From the IMG/VR virus record IMGVR_UViG_2548876953_000003, positions 1-5,228 of that record: a stretch of DNA of 5,228 nucleotides, one strand, 5' to 3'. The notes under the pieces were generated by a model that worked only from the letters and a program-made list of their open reading frames with translations, was not told the origin of the DNA and did not search any database. Positions 1 through 5,228 of the stretch are shown here, piece after piece (the stretch's first letter is position 1; each line of letters opens with the position of its first letter). Origin of the DNA: a virus. Taxonomy: Duplodnaviria; Heunggongvirae; Uroviricota; Caudoviricetes. The position numbers and the translations under genes are program-made.

Positions 1-249
1 GCGAAAGATGCAGATACCGACGAGCATAAACATCAGCAGAACGCAGCAGCAAAGCAGTCAAAACCATCACCTACACCTGAACAGGTTCTAAAAGCATTCA
101 CTGACGCAGCATTGCAGAAAAACACCGTGGAAGAGCTTAAACAGGCGTTCGCCAAAGCGTGGAAGATGCTCGAAGGCACACCGGAGCAGCACAAAGCGCA
201 GGACGTTTACAACATCAGACGAGACGAATTAGAAGGAGCTGCTGCTTAA
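1..249 (+). CDS. 3' end of a phage gene whose start lies upstream of the window; function unknown (possibly a recombination/annealing-type partner of the downstream SSB, speculative)
   Basis: Frame 1 is open for 82 codons from the window edge (AKDADTDEHKHQQNAAAKQ...RRDELEGAAA) and ends at TAA 247-249, overlapping the next gene's ATG (TAATG). Absent from the ORF track only because it has no start in the window. Confidence 0.5.
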   Translation, partial: AKDADTDEHKHQQNAAAKQSKPSPTPEQVLKAFTDAALQKNTVEELKQAFAKAWKMLEGTPEQHKAQDVYNIRRDELEGAAA

Positions 250-632
250 TGGCACATTCGATTACTGTAAGACTAAACAAGCCCGCAAGAGAGTTTCAGA
301 CCGGGGAAAATATCGGATTCAACATCCGTGCTGGCGTTCAGTATTACGATCGCCAGACAAAAAAGAAAGAATGGACAAACTACAGCGCCGTTGTATTTGC
401 CAAGCCGGGAGCGCAAGCGGATTACTACCGTAGTGTTCTTGTTGAAGGTGGCATTGTGGAAATTACCGGAGAAAACATCAGGGTTGATGTTTATCAGGGG
501 CAAAATGGTCAATCAATCACTCTTGAATTACTGAATGCAAAGATTGGATTTGCAGCTTCAGGAAATGGCCCGCAGCAGCAAAGTAGTAACCAGCAGAACA
601 CTCCTGTATACGACGATTCCATCCCATTCTGA
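249..632 (+). CDS. Phage single-stranded DNA-binding (SSB-like) protein, 127 aa, OB-fold with host-SSB-like C-terminal tip
   Basis: ATG at 249 preceded by AAGGAG (233-238); the track's start at 159 adds an Arg-rich extension that is the out-of-frame reading of the upstream gene. The protein ends ...TPVYDDSIPF, matching the acidic C-terminal tip of E. coli SSB (DDDIPF), after a Gln/Asn-rich linker. The core (EWTNYSAVVFAK...GENIRVDVYQGQNGQ) resembles SSB OB-fold strands. Confidence 0.75.
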   Translation: MAHSITVRLNKPAREFQTGENIGFNIRAGVQYYDRQTKKKEWTNYSAVVFAKPGAQADYYRSVLVEGGIVEITGENIRVDVYQGQNGQSITLELLNAKIGFAASGNGPQQQSSNQQNTPVYDDSIPF

Positions 633-655
633 TTTAGAAAAATAAGGATTTAATT

Positions 656-949
656 ATGCCAGCGCCTCTGTATGGTGCGGATGACGCGCGCCGCTGTTCC
701 GGCAATTCCGTATCGGAGGTGCTGGATAAATTCAGAAAAAACTACGATCGGATAATGTCGCTACCGCAGGAAACGAAAGAGGAAAAGGAATTTCGCCATT
801 GTATATGGCTTGCAGAGAAAGAAGAACGCGAGCGAATTTACCAGACATCAATCCGACCATTCCGCAAAGCCACATATACCCACTTCCCTGAAATTGACCC
901 GCGCCTGCGTAATTACCGCTCACGCTATGGCGCTATCAGTAATGACTGA
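656..949 (+). CDS. Hypothetical small basic phage protein, 97 aa
   Basis: ATG 656 with AAGGA (644-648) 7 nt upstream; 23-bp gap after ssb on the same strand; stop TGA 947-949. No recognisable motif beyond scattered Cys/His. Confidence 0.6.
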   Translation: MPAPLYGADDARRCSGNSVSEVLDKFRKNYDRIMSLPQETKEEKEFRHCIWLAEKEERERIYQTSIRPFRKATYTHFPEIDPRLRNYRSRYGAISND

Positions 950-1120
950 GGAATTTACCATGAGAGGACTTGCATACAATCCCGGCATTCTTCCGGCAGA
1001 AATGATTATTCGCCAACGCGTAAAGCCAATGCCATCGAGAGAGTAATTGCTTAAGAGAAAGAGTTTCGGTTCTGTTAATGACAACAAATATCTGAATGCT
1101 ATGTGGCGGAGTGGGAAAAA

Positions 1121-1708
1121 ATGAAACAAATGTCACTAATTGAGATGGATGGTTTTCTGAAAGGTAAATGCATCCCACGAGATCTAAAGGTTAACGAAAC
1201 AAACGCTGAATATCTTGTCCGTAAGTTCGGTGAACTTGAATCAAAACTGGAAACGGCGTTGCGGGAGTGTCGTTCTGCTGGAATCACGATTGATAACCTT
1301 GAGGCCAAGTGCGCGGCGCTGGCAGCGGAGAGTGCGGGGATGAAGAAGTTCTGCAAAGACGCTGCATTCGATGCCGATTACGAAGCAGAGCTAGGTATGG
1401 AGCGTGGTTTATTCAGTGATGCGCTTAACGAAATCAAAACCCCAGCCACCGATGCTTTCCTGGCTGAAGTACGTGCGGAAGCACGCAACGAGGGTATTAA
1501 CTATGCCGCAAGCCGTCTTGCTGCTGCTTTCAACCACGGATTTATCAATAAGTCTTTACGTGAAGTTTTCGATGTTACGCGCATGATTCTGTCAGCGAAA
1601 GAAGAGTTGGCTAATGAACCGCATCCGATTGATGGCCTGTCTGGTGAATATGCGGAGAAATCCCTTGAAGAATGGGCGGAACAGATTCGCAAAGGAGGCA
1701 ACCAGTGA
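1121..1708 (+). CDS. Hypothetical phage protein, 195 aa, predicted helical
   Basis: ATG 1121 with GGAG (1108-1111) 9 nt upstream, preferred over the track's GTG at 1103. Stop TGA 1706-1708 overlaps the next gene's GTG start (GTGA). Family not recognised. Confidence 0.65.
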   Translation: MKQMSLIEMDGFLKGKCIPRDLKVNETNAEYLVRKFGELESKLETALRECRSAGITIDNLEAKCAALAAESAGMKKFCKDAAFDADYEAELGMERGLFSDALNEIKTPATDAFLAEVRAEARNEGINYAASRLAAAFNHGFINKSLREVFDVTRMILSAKEELANEPHPIDGLSGEYAEKSLEEWAEQIRKGGNQ

Positions 1709-2445
1709 GCAAGATTGACTATCAGGCACTGCGTGCCAAGGCAGAAAAAGCAACGTGTGGTGTATGGTCGCTCGAATATGGAGAGAGCCGATTTGATTGT
1801 GATGATGCGTTAATTCATCGTGAAGTTGTTGGATATCTTCCCATTTGCAGAATTGAAGGAGCACATCCAGAAAGCGGTTTCGATGAAGATTTCCAAATGG
1901 AACAGCAGGCCAATGCTGAATTCATCGCCGCAGCCAATCCGGCTACTGTGCTGGCATTACTGGATGAACTGGAAAGAAACCAGCAATACATCAAACGCCG
2001 CGATCAGGAGAACGAGGAAATTGCGCTAACGGTAGGGAAGCTGCGTGTTGAGCTTGAGGAAGCAAAATCAAAACTCAACGAGCAGCGTGAGTATTACGAA
2101 GGTGTTATCTCGGATGGGAGTAAACGTATTGCTGAACTGGAGAAAAGCGAAGAGCAACTCATTAACGAGCGTGACCATGCTGAGTCTGCTTTAGCTGATA
2201 TGTACTTCGCAACAACCGGGGATAGGCCTGAGTGGAGTAACTGTTTCAGTTTTTCAGATGCTGTCGATGCCGTAGTTGACAGAATTGCTGATTTAGAAGC
2301 CAAACAGCCATCGCCAGTAGTACCGGAAGAAAAACCAATGCCTAACCCTCTTAGCATGTACACAGTTGATGCTGTTGCAGCTATTGCAGAGGTGAGAGGC
2401 TGGAACGCCTGCCGTGCAGCCATGCTTAAGGGAGATAAATCATGA
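1705..2445 (+). CDS. Ead/Ea22-like family protein, 246 aa, N-terminal conserved domain plus central coiled coil
   Basis: GTG 1705 preceded by AAAGGAGG (1691-1698) at 6 nt; the track's ATG 1672 has no RBS. N-terminus SKIDYQALRAKAEKAT..W and the motif EFIAAANPATVLALLDELE match what I recall of lambdoid Ead/Ea22-like proteins; residues about 100-170 are heptad-rich. From recall, not a search. Confidence 0.7.
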   Translation: MSKIDYQALRAKAEKATCGVWSLEYGESRFDCDDALIHREVVGYLPICRIEGAHPESGFDEDFQMEQQANAEFIAAANPATVLALLDELERNQQYIKRRDQENEEIALTVGKLRVELEEAKSKLNEQREYYEGVISDGSKRIAELEKSEEQLINERDHAESALADMYFATTGDRPEWSNCFSFSDAVDAVVDRIADLEAKQPSPVVPEEKPMPNPLSMYTVDAVAAIAEVRGWNACRAAMLKGDKS

Positions 2446-2792
2446 TTAATCGAACCAAACTGGAGCACATCCTCGAGTATGCCAGGCAGCAGAGGCGCTT
2501 TGGCCAGCTTTGTAAAATTCTGCCAGGAGATATGGTTGAAATCGTGGAGATTGCCATGCGTAAGACTGGCAACTCTCCGGTAAGTCCGGGTGGTTGGATA
2601 AGCTGTAGTGAGCGAATGCCCGCTCAAGATGATTGGATTTTAATTTATTCAAAGCACGGTGAGTATATGGCAGGACAGGTACAAGAGGAATACGTGGAGT
2701 TGAGCGACGGCACTTTATCGTGGTTAGGGAACGCCTTGTACTGGATGCTGCTACCAGAACCGCCGCAGGGAGTGAATGATGAATTGGCCTGA
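2442..2792 (+). CDS. DUF551-like phage protein, 116 aa
   Basis: ATG 2442 overlaps the upstream stop (ATGA); GGAG at 2431-2434. The motifs WISCSERMP...W..YW and C-terminal WMLLPEPPQ fit the DUF551 pattern as I remember it. Confidence 0.7.
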   Translation: MINRTKLEHILEYARQQRRFGQLCKILPGDMVEIVEIAMRKTGNSPVSPGGWISCSERMPAQDDWILIYSKHGEYMAGQVQEEYVELSDGTLSWLGNALYWMLLPEPPQGVNDELA

Positions 2793-2862
2793 AGCATTCA
2801 CCGCTGTAGGAGTTGCAATCGCGGTGGCATTTATTCTGTATTCGCTTTTCCGCTGGGGATAA
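2776..2862 (+). CDS. Candidate small membrane peptide, 28 aa (MMNWPEAFTAVGVAIAVAFILYSLFRWG); single predicted transmembrane helix
   Basis: Not in the ORF track (too short). ATG 2776 and 2779, with GGGAG (2768-2772) inside the 3' end of the DUF551 gene; stop TAA 2860-2862 sits 4 nt before the next ATG. A 19-residue uncharged hydrophobic core is flanked by polar or charged ends. It exactly fills the only gap between two coupled genes. Confidence 0.35.
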   Translation: MMNWPEAFTAVGVAIAVAFILYSLFRWG

Positions 2863-2866
2863 AGGA

Positions 2867-3109
2867 ATGTTCGCTCTGATTCAACGTGGTCAGATATACA
2901 CCGATAGCGCCGGCTACCCGATAAAAATTCTTCGCTGCATAAACAACACTGTGTTGTACAGAAGAATGGATGGGCGAACACAGTCGGTAAAAATAAACGA
3001 TTTTAATGAACTGTTTGAACGGATCGATCACCAGGAATACCGACAAATTCTGGCTGAAACAGAGCAGGAGAACCATCTGAAAAAATTACGCGCCATGCAA
3101 AGGAGATAA
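2867..3109 (+). CDS. Hypothetical small phage protein, 80 aa
   Basis: ATG 2867 with GGGGA (2855-2859) 7 nt upstream; the track's start at 2813 is a TTG that overlaps the hydrophobic peptide ORF. Family not recognised. Confidence 0.55.
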   Translation: MFALIQRGQIYTDSAGYPIKILRCINNTVLYRRMDGRTQSVKINDFNELFERIDHQEYRQILAETEQENHLKKLRAMQRR

Positions 3110-3189
3110 ACCGGTAAAGGTGTTCGCGATAAAGGTGAATATCGGCAATGAATAACAATCCTCGCACTGACGGGGATTTCTTTTATCTG

Positions 3190-3214
3190 AACTCGCTACG
3201 GCGAGTTTTGTTTT
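3190..3214 (+). terminator. Weak intrinsic-terminator-like hairpin (attenuator?) immediately upstream of the zinc-ribbon gene
   Basis: Perfect 7-bp inverted repeat AACTCGC (3190-3196) / GCGAGTT (3201-3207) with 4-nt loop, then TTTTGTTTT. Only 4 of 7 pairs are GC, and it abuts the GGAG/ATG of the next gene. Confidence 0.3.
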
Positions 3215-3226
3215 ATGGAGATGATT

Positions 3227-3526
3227 ATGGCCTGTTCAACATTCAACCCTTTAACGTTACAGAAATACCAGCCAGACCCTGAAGATTTATGCTCACTGTG
3301 TGGCGGAAATCATGGTAAAGCTGCCATGATCGAATGTAAGGACAAAATCCACATATGCCTTAATTGCGTTGATGTCCTCGTTGATATCAAAAATGAAAGA
3401 GAAGATAAAAAGCGTAGCGAGGCTATTCGCGCCTTAGATTCATGGATGCGAGATGGGTATAGTGCTGCGCAAATTTATGACTTAGCCATTTCAAAAGGCG
3501 AAATACCAGGTGTGCGAATCGAATAA
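3227..3526 (+). CDS. Hypothetical Cys4 zinc-ribbon protein, 99 aa
   Basis: ATG 3227 with GGAG (3217-3220) 6 nt upstream (the track's start at 3215 lacks an RBS). Two CxxC pairs 18 residues apart (CSLCGG ... CLNCVD) indicate a zinc ribbon. Confidence 0.6.
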   Translation: MACSTFNPLTLQKYQPDPEDLCSLCGGNHGKAAMIECKDKIHICLNCVDVLVDIKNEREDKKRSEAIRALDSWMRDGYSAAQIYDLAISKGEIPGVRIE

Positions 3527-3561
3527 GAAGCGCACTCAAGCATCTTTTGGGGAAATCACAA

Positions 3562-3729
3562 ATGCACTTCCGAGTCACAGGTGAATTGAATGGAGAACCA
3601 TTCAACAGAGTTATCGAAGCAGAGGACATCAACGACTGCTATGACCACTGGATGATATGGGCGCAGATAGCACATGCAGACGTAACCAATATTCGAATTG
3701 AAGAACTGAAAGAACACCAAGCCGCCTGA
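3562..3729 (+). CDS. Hypothetical small phage protein, 55 aa
   Basis: ATG 3562 with GGGGA (3549-3553) 8 nt upstream; the track's start at 3547 is a TTG. Stop TGA 3727-3729 lies in the loop of the terminator below. Confidence 0.5.
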   Translation: MHFRVTGELNGEPFNRVIEAEDINDCYDHWMIWAQIAHADVTNIRIEELKEHQAA

Positions 3730-3744
3730 TGGCGGTTTTTTATT
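3719..3744 (+). terminator. Rho-independent terminator at the end of the early accessory gene array
   Basis: Stem AAGCCGCC (3719-3726) pairs with GGCGGTTT (3731-3738) including one G-U pair, loop TGAT, followed by a T-run TTTTTTATT (3736-3744). Confidence 0.65.
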
Positions 3745-3751
3745 GCCTGAT

Positions 3752-3767
3752 TTGCAGGTTCGATTCC
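3752..3767 (+). other. tRNA T-arm-like fragment (not an intact tRNA); matches my recollection of the argW tRNA-Arg(CCU) T-arm
   Basis: TTGCAGGTTCGATTCC contains the canonical T-loop GGTTCGATTCC, but the 3' partner of the T-stem and any acceptor stem or CCA are missing (next bases CTATTCGGAG). Lies between the terminator and the excisionase gene. Confidence 0.4.
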
Positions 3768-3786
3768 CTATTCGGAGATAGCACTC

Positions 3787-3987
3787 ATGCAACACGAACT
3801 ACAACCTGATTCACTGGTTGATTTGAAATTCATCATGGCTGATACTGGCTTTGGTAAAACCTTCATCTACGACCGGATTAAGTCCGGCGACCTGCCTAAA
3901 GCCAAAGTTATCCACGGTCGAGCAAGATGGTTATATCGTGACCATTGTGAATTCAAAAATAAGCTCTTAAGCCGCGCTAATGGGTAA
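3787..3987 (+). CDS. torI: AlpA/TorI-family excisionase (recombination directionality factor), 66 aa, winged-helix
   Basis: ATG 3787 with GGAG (3774-3777) 9 nt upstream. The sequence MQHELQPDSLVDLKFIMADTGFGKTFIYDRIKSGDLPKAKVIHGRARWLYRDHCEFKNKLLSRANG has the AlpA-family pattern and the length of KplE1 TorI. It is the last gene before the att-like junction. The symbol rests on recall and context. Confidence 0.8.
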   Translation: MQHELQPDSLVDLKFIMADTGFGKTFIYDRIKSGDLPKAKVIHGRARWLYRDHCEFKNKLLSRANG

Positions 3988-4003
3988 AATAGCGGGTAAA
4001 ATA
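3982..4003. repeat. Tandem direct repeat GGGTAAAATA-gc-GGGTAAAATA overlapping the excisionase stop codon; candidate integrase arm-type or RDF binding sites
   Basis: Two exact 10-bp copies (3982-3991 and 3994-4003) separated by 2 bp, about 60-80 bp from the putative att core. Confidence 0.45.
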
Positions 4004-4030
4004 TTTCTCACATCTAAAAAATACCATTCT

Positions 4031-4043
4031 AATCAATCCCCTG
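4031..4043. promoter_or_regulatory. IHF-like binding motif between the direct repeats and the att core
   Basis: AATCAATCCCCTG matches the IHF consensus WATCAANNNNTTR with one mismatch. Its position between arm-type repeats and core fits tyrosine-recombinase att architecture. Confidence 0.25.
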
Positions 4044-4060
4044 CCACTCTAAGTAGATGT

Positions 4061-4075
4061 CTGCAGGGGACACCA
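4061..4075 (+). other. Putative prophage attR core: a copy of the 3' end of tRNA-Arg (argW), CTGCAGGGGACACCA
   Basis: The sequence ends in ...GACACCA like a tRNA 3' terminus and equals what I recall as the last 15 nt of argW and the KplE1 att core. It is preceded by an 8-bp inverted partner TCCCCTGC (4037-4044) of GCAGGGGA (4063-4070). Phage-type genes lie to the left, chromosomal-type DNA to the right. Confidence 0.55.
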
Positions 4076-4515
4076 GATACCCTTCAAACGAAATCTACCT
4101 TCACCCCGTAAAAGATAGGTTTGGCAGCACACTTGCCTTATATCTACTCATTTTTACTGCAACAGGTTGAAATCTCAGCACTGTCAGAAAGCGCTGATGA
4201 CTAAACAGCCCTGGGCCGGGCGATGTAACCATCACACAGAATCCTGATAGCGAAATATGGCGTGACTCGATACTTCACTCCGCAATGCATTCCTTGATGA
4301 ATTCGCAGGACCGTGATACACGGGACAGGTCGCTGAATGACGACAATGTCCTGGAAATCAGCGAACCGCGCATCTGAAGTACATTTGAGCGACTGTACCA
4401 GAACATGAATGAGGCGTTTGGATTAGGTGATTATTAGCAGGGCTAAGCACTTTAGTATTATTATTTTCCGGTTGAGGGATAGGGAGATATCGACAACAAC
4501 CGGAAAAGTTTACGT

Positions 4516-5177
4516 CTATATTGCTGAAGGTACAGGCGTTTCCATAACTATTTGCTCGCGTTTTTTACTCAGGAAGAAAATGCCAAATAGCAACATCAGG
4601 CAGACAATACCCGAAATTGCGAAGAAAACTGTCTGGTAGCCTGCGTGGTCAAAGAGTATCCCAGTCGGCGTTGAAAGCAGCACAATCCCAAGCGAACTGG
4701 CAATTTGAAAACCAATCAGAAAGATCGTCGACGACAGGCGCTTATCAAAATTTGCCACGCTGTATTTGAAGACGGATATGACACAAAGTGGAACCTCAAT
4801 AGCATGTAACAGCTTCACTAATGAAATAATCCAGGGGTTAACGAACAGCGCGCAGGAAAGGATACGCAACGCCATAATCACAACACCGATAAGTAATGCA
4901 TTTTTTGGCCCTACCCGATTCACAAAGAAAGGAATAATCGCCATGCATAGCGCTTCGAGTACCACCTGGAATGAGTTGAGATAACCATACAGGCGCGTTC
5001 CTACATCGTGTGATTCGAATAAACCTGCATAAAAGACAGGAAAAAGTTGTTGATCAAAAATGTTATAGAAAGACCACGTCCCCACAATAAATATGACGAA
5101 AACCCAGAAGTTTCGATCCTTGAAAACTGCGATAAAATCCTCTTTTTTTACCCCTCCCGCATCCGCCGCTACGCACT
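4516..5177 (-). pseudogene. cscB: 3' fragment (about 220 codons) of a LacY-family (oligosaccharide:H+ symporter) permease, probably sucrose permease cscB, truncated at its 5' side by IS30
   Basis: The minus-strand frame open from 5184 down to stop 4516-4518 aligns with LacY residues about 195-417 (FKDRNFWVFVIFIVGTWSFYNIFDQQLF vs LacY [42 protein letters not shown] vs HMFEVPFLLVGCFKY). Similarity stops at 5177/5178 where IS30 begins, so no N-terminal half is present. The symbol cscB is inferred from family plus the argW-csc/dsd locus context. Confidence 0.65.
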
Positions 5178-5228
5178 TGTAGATTCAATCTGTCAATGCA
5201 ACACCCCTTTCAATTATCTCTTTCGGTG
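5178..5228 (-). mobile_element. Right end of insertion sequence IS30 (terminal inverted repeat plus 3' end of the transposase gene), continuing beyond the window
   Basis: 5178-5203 reads TGTAGATTCAATCTGTCAATGCAACA, matching the roughly 26-bp IS30 terminal inverted repeat as I recall it (TGTAGATTCAATTGGTCAACGCAACA on the other end). The minus-strand frame 5228 to 5185 encodes PKEIIERGVALTD followed by stop, matching the IS30 transposase C-terminus. Confidence 0.65.
5185..5228 (-). CDS. IS30 transposase (InsI-type), last 13 codons plus stop; the remainder lies beyond the window end
   Basis: Minus-strand translation ...PKEIIERGVALTD, stop codon complementary to 5185-5187, located inside the IS30 inverted repeat as in IS30. 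Confidence 0.55.
   Translation of the reverse strand, partial: PKEIIERGVALTD

Noticed and set aside
159-248. N-terminal extension of the SSB ORF in the six-frame track (MEDARRHTGAAQSAGRLQHQTRRIRRSCCL...)
   Set aside because: It is the out-of-frame reading of the upstream gene's 3' end, Arg-rich and low-complexity. The RBS-supported ATG at 249 is the credible start.
328-534. Plus-strand overlapping ORFs in alternative frames (328-534, 810-1046 as a whole, 1404-1586, 1820-2029)
   Set aside because: They are embedded out of frame inside stronger genes. Only the short 3' portion 960-1046 of the second one is kept as a low-confidence micro-ORF candidate.
1046-1120. Sigma70-like promoter upstream of the 195-aa gene (TTGCTT and ATGACA -35-like hexamers)
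   Set aside because: No acceptable -10 hexamer at correct spacing. Calling a promoter here would be guesswork.
2094-2627. 177-aa minus-strand ORF, and the other minus-strand ORFs between 273 and 3795 (273-512, 732-923, 920-1129, 936-1178, 1099-1356, 1501-1701, 1592-1864, 2446-2652, 2751-2981, 2831-3076, 3423-3632, 3556-3795)
   Set aside because: All lie antisense to better-supported plus-strand genes with RBSs and coupling. They lack convincing RBSs and have Ser/Thr/Ala- or Leu-rich compositions typical of antisense frames.
3148-3288. 46-codon plus-strand ORF overlapping the start of the zinc-ribbon gene
   Set aside because: It overlaps a gene with clear zinc-ribbon motifs in another frame and spans the hairpin. 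Kept only as part of a regulatory-region finding, not called as a gene.
3745-3790. Possible intact tRNA gene suggested by the GGTTCGATTCC T-loop
   Set aside because: The T-stem partner, acceptor stem, anticodon arm and CCA cannot be formed from the flanking sequence, so it is a fragment, not a gene.
4467-4504. 8-bp inverted repeat TCCGGTTG...CAACCGGA with a 22-nt loop just downstream of the permease stop
   Set aside because: No adjacent U-tract on either strand, so not a credible intrinsic terminator, and the loop is too large. Possibly a protein-binding palindrome but unsupported.
3988-4515. Search for an integrase gene or remnant downstream of the excisionase
   Set aside because: No ORF of meaningful length on either strand. 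The short open frames around 4190-4380 lack start codons and recognisable recombinase motifs. This fits the integrase being at the opposite (attL) end of the prophage.
4427-4984. Plus-strand ORFs 4427-4639 and 4766-4984
   Set aside because: They lie antisense within or abutting the LacY-family permease fragment, which has clear homology-based support on the minus strand.
1-5228. CRISPR arrays, rRNA genes, Chi sites
   Set aside because: No regularly spaced direct repeats, no rRNA-like sequence, and no GCTGGTGG or its complement were seen on manual scanning.

Overview
This window reads as the right-hand end of a lambdoid, KplE1/CPS-53-like prophage and its chromosomal junction. From 1 to 3987 a single plus-strand array of small, tightly packed and often translationally coupled genes runs toward the prophage end: a truncated upstream gene, an SSB-like protein, several unknown small proteins, an Ead/Ea22-like protein, a DUF551 protein, a Cys4 zinc-ribbon protein, and finally a 66-aa AlpA/TorI-type excisionase. 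Downstream of the excisionase lies a probable attR: tandem 10-bp repeats, an IHF-like motif, and a 15-bp copy of what I recall as the 3' end of tRNA-Arg (argW). No integrase is adjacent, as expected for KplE1, where intS sits at the attL end. The flank is chromosomal: the 3' two-thirds of a LacY-family permease (probably sucrose permease cscB) on the minus strand, cut at 5177/5178 by the right end of IS30, which runs off the window. I found no intact tRNA or rRNA gene and no CRISPR array. The most likely places for undescribed biology are the unannotated accessory cassette between ssb and the excisionase (including an unannotated 28-aa membrane-peptide ORF) and an internal tRNA-Arg T-arm fragment. 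All family assignments are from reading the translations and from memory; no database search was run.
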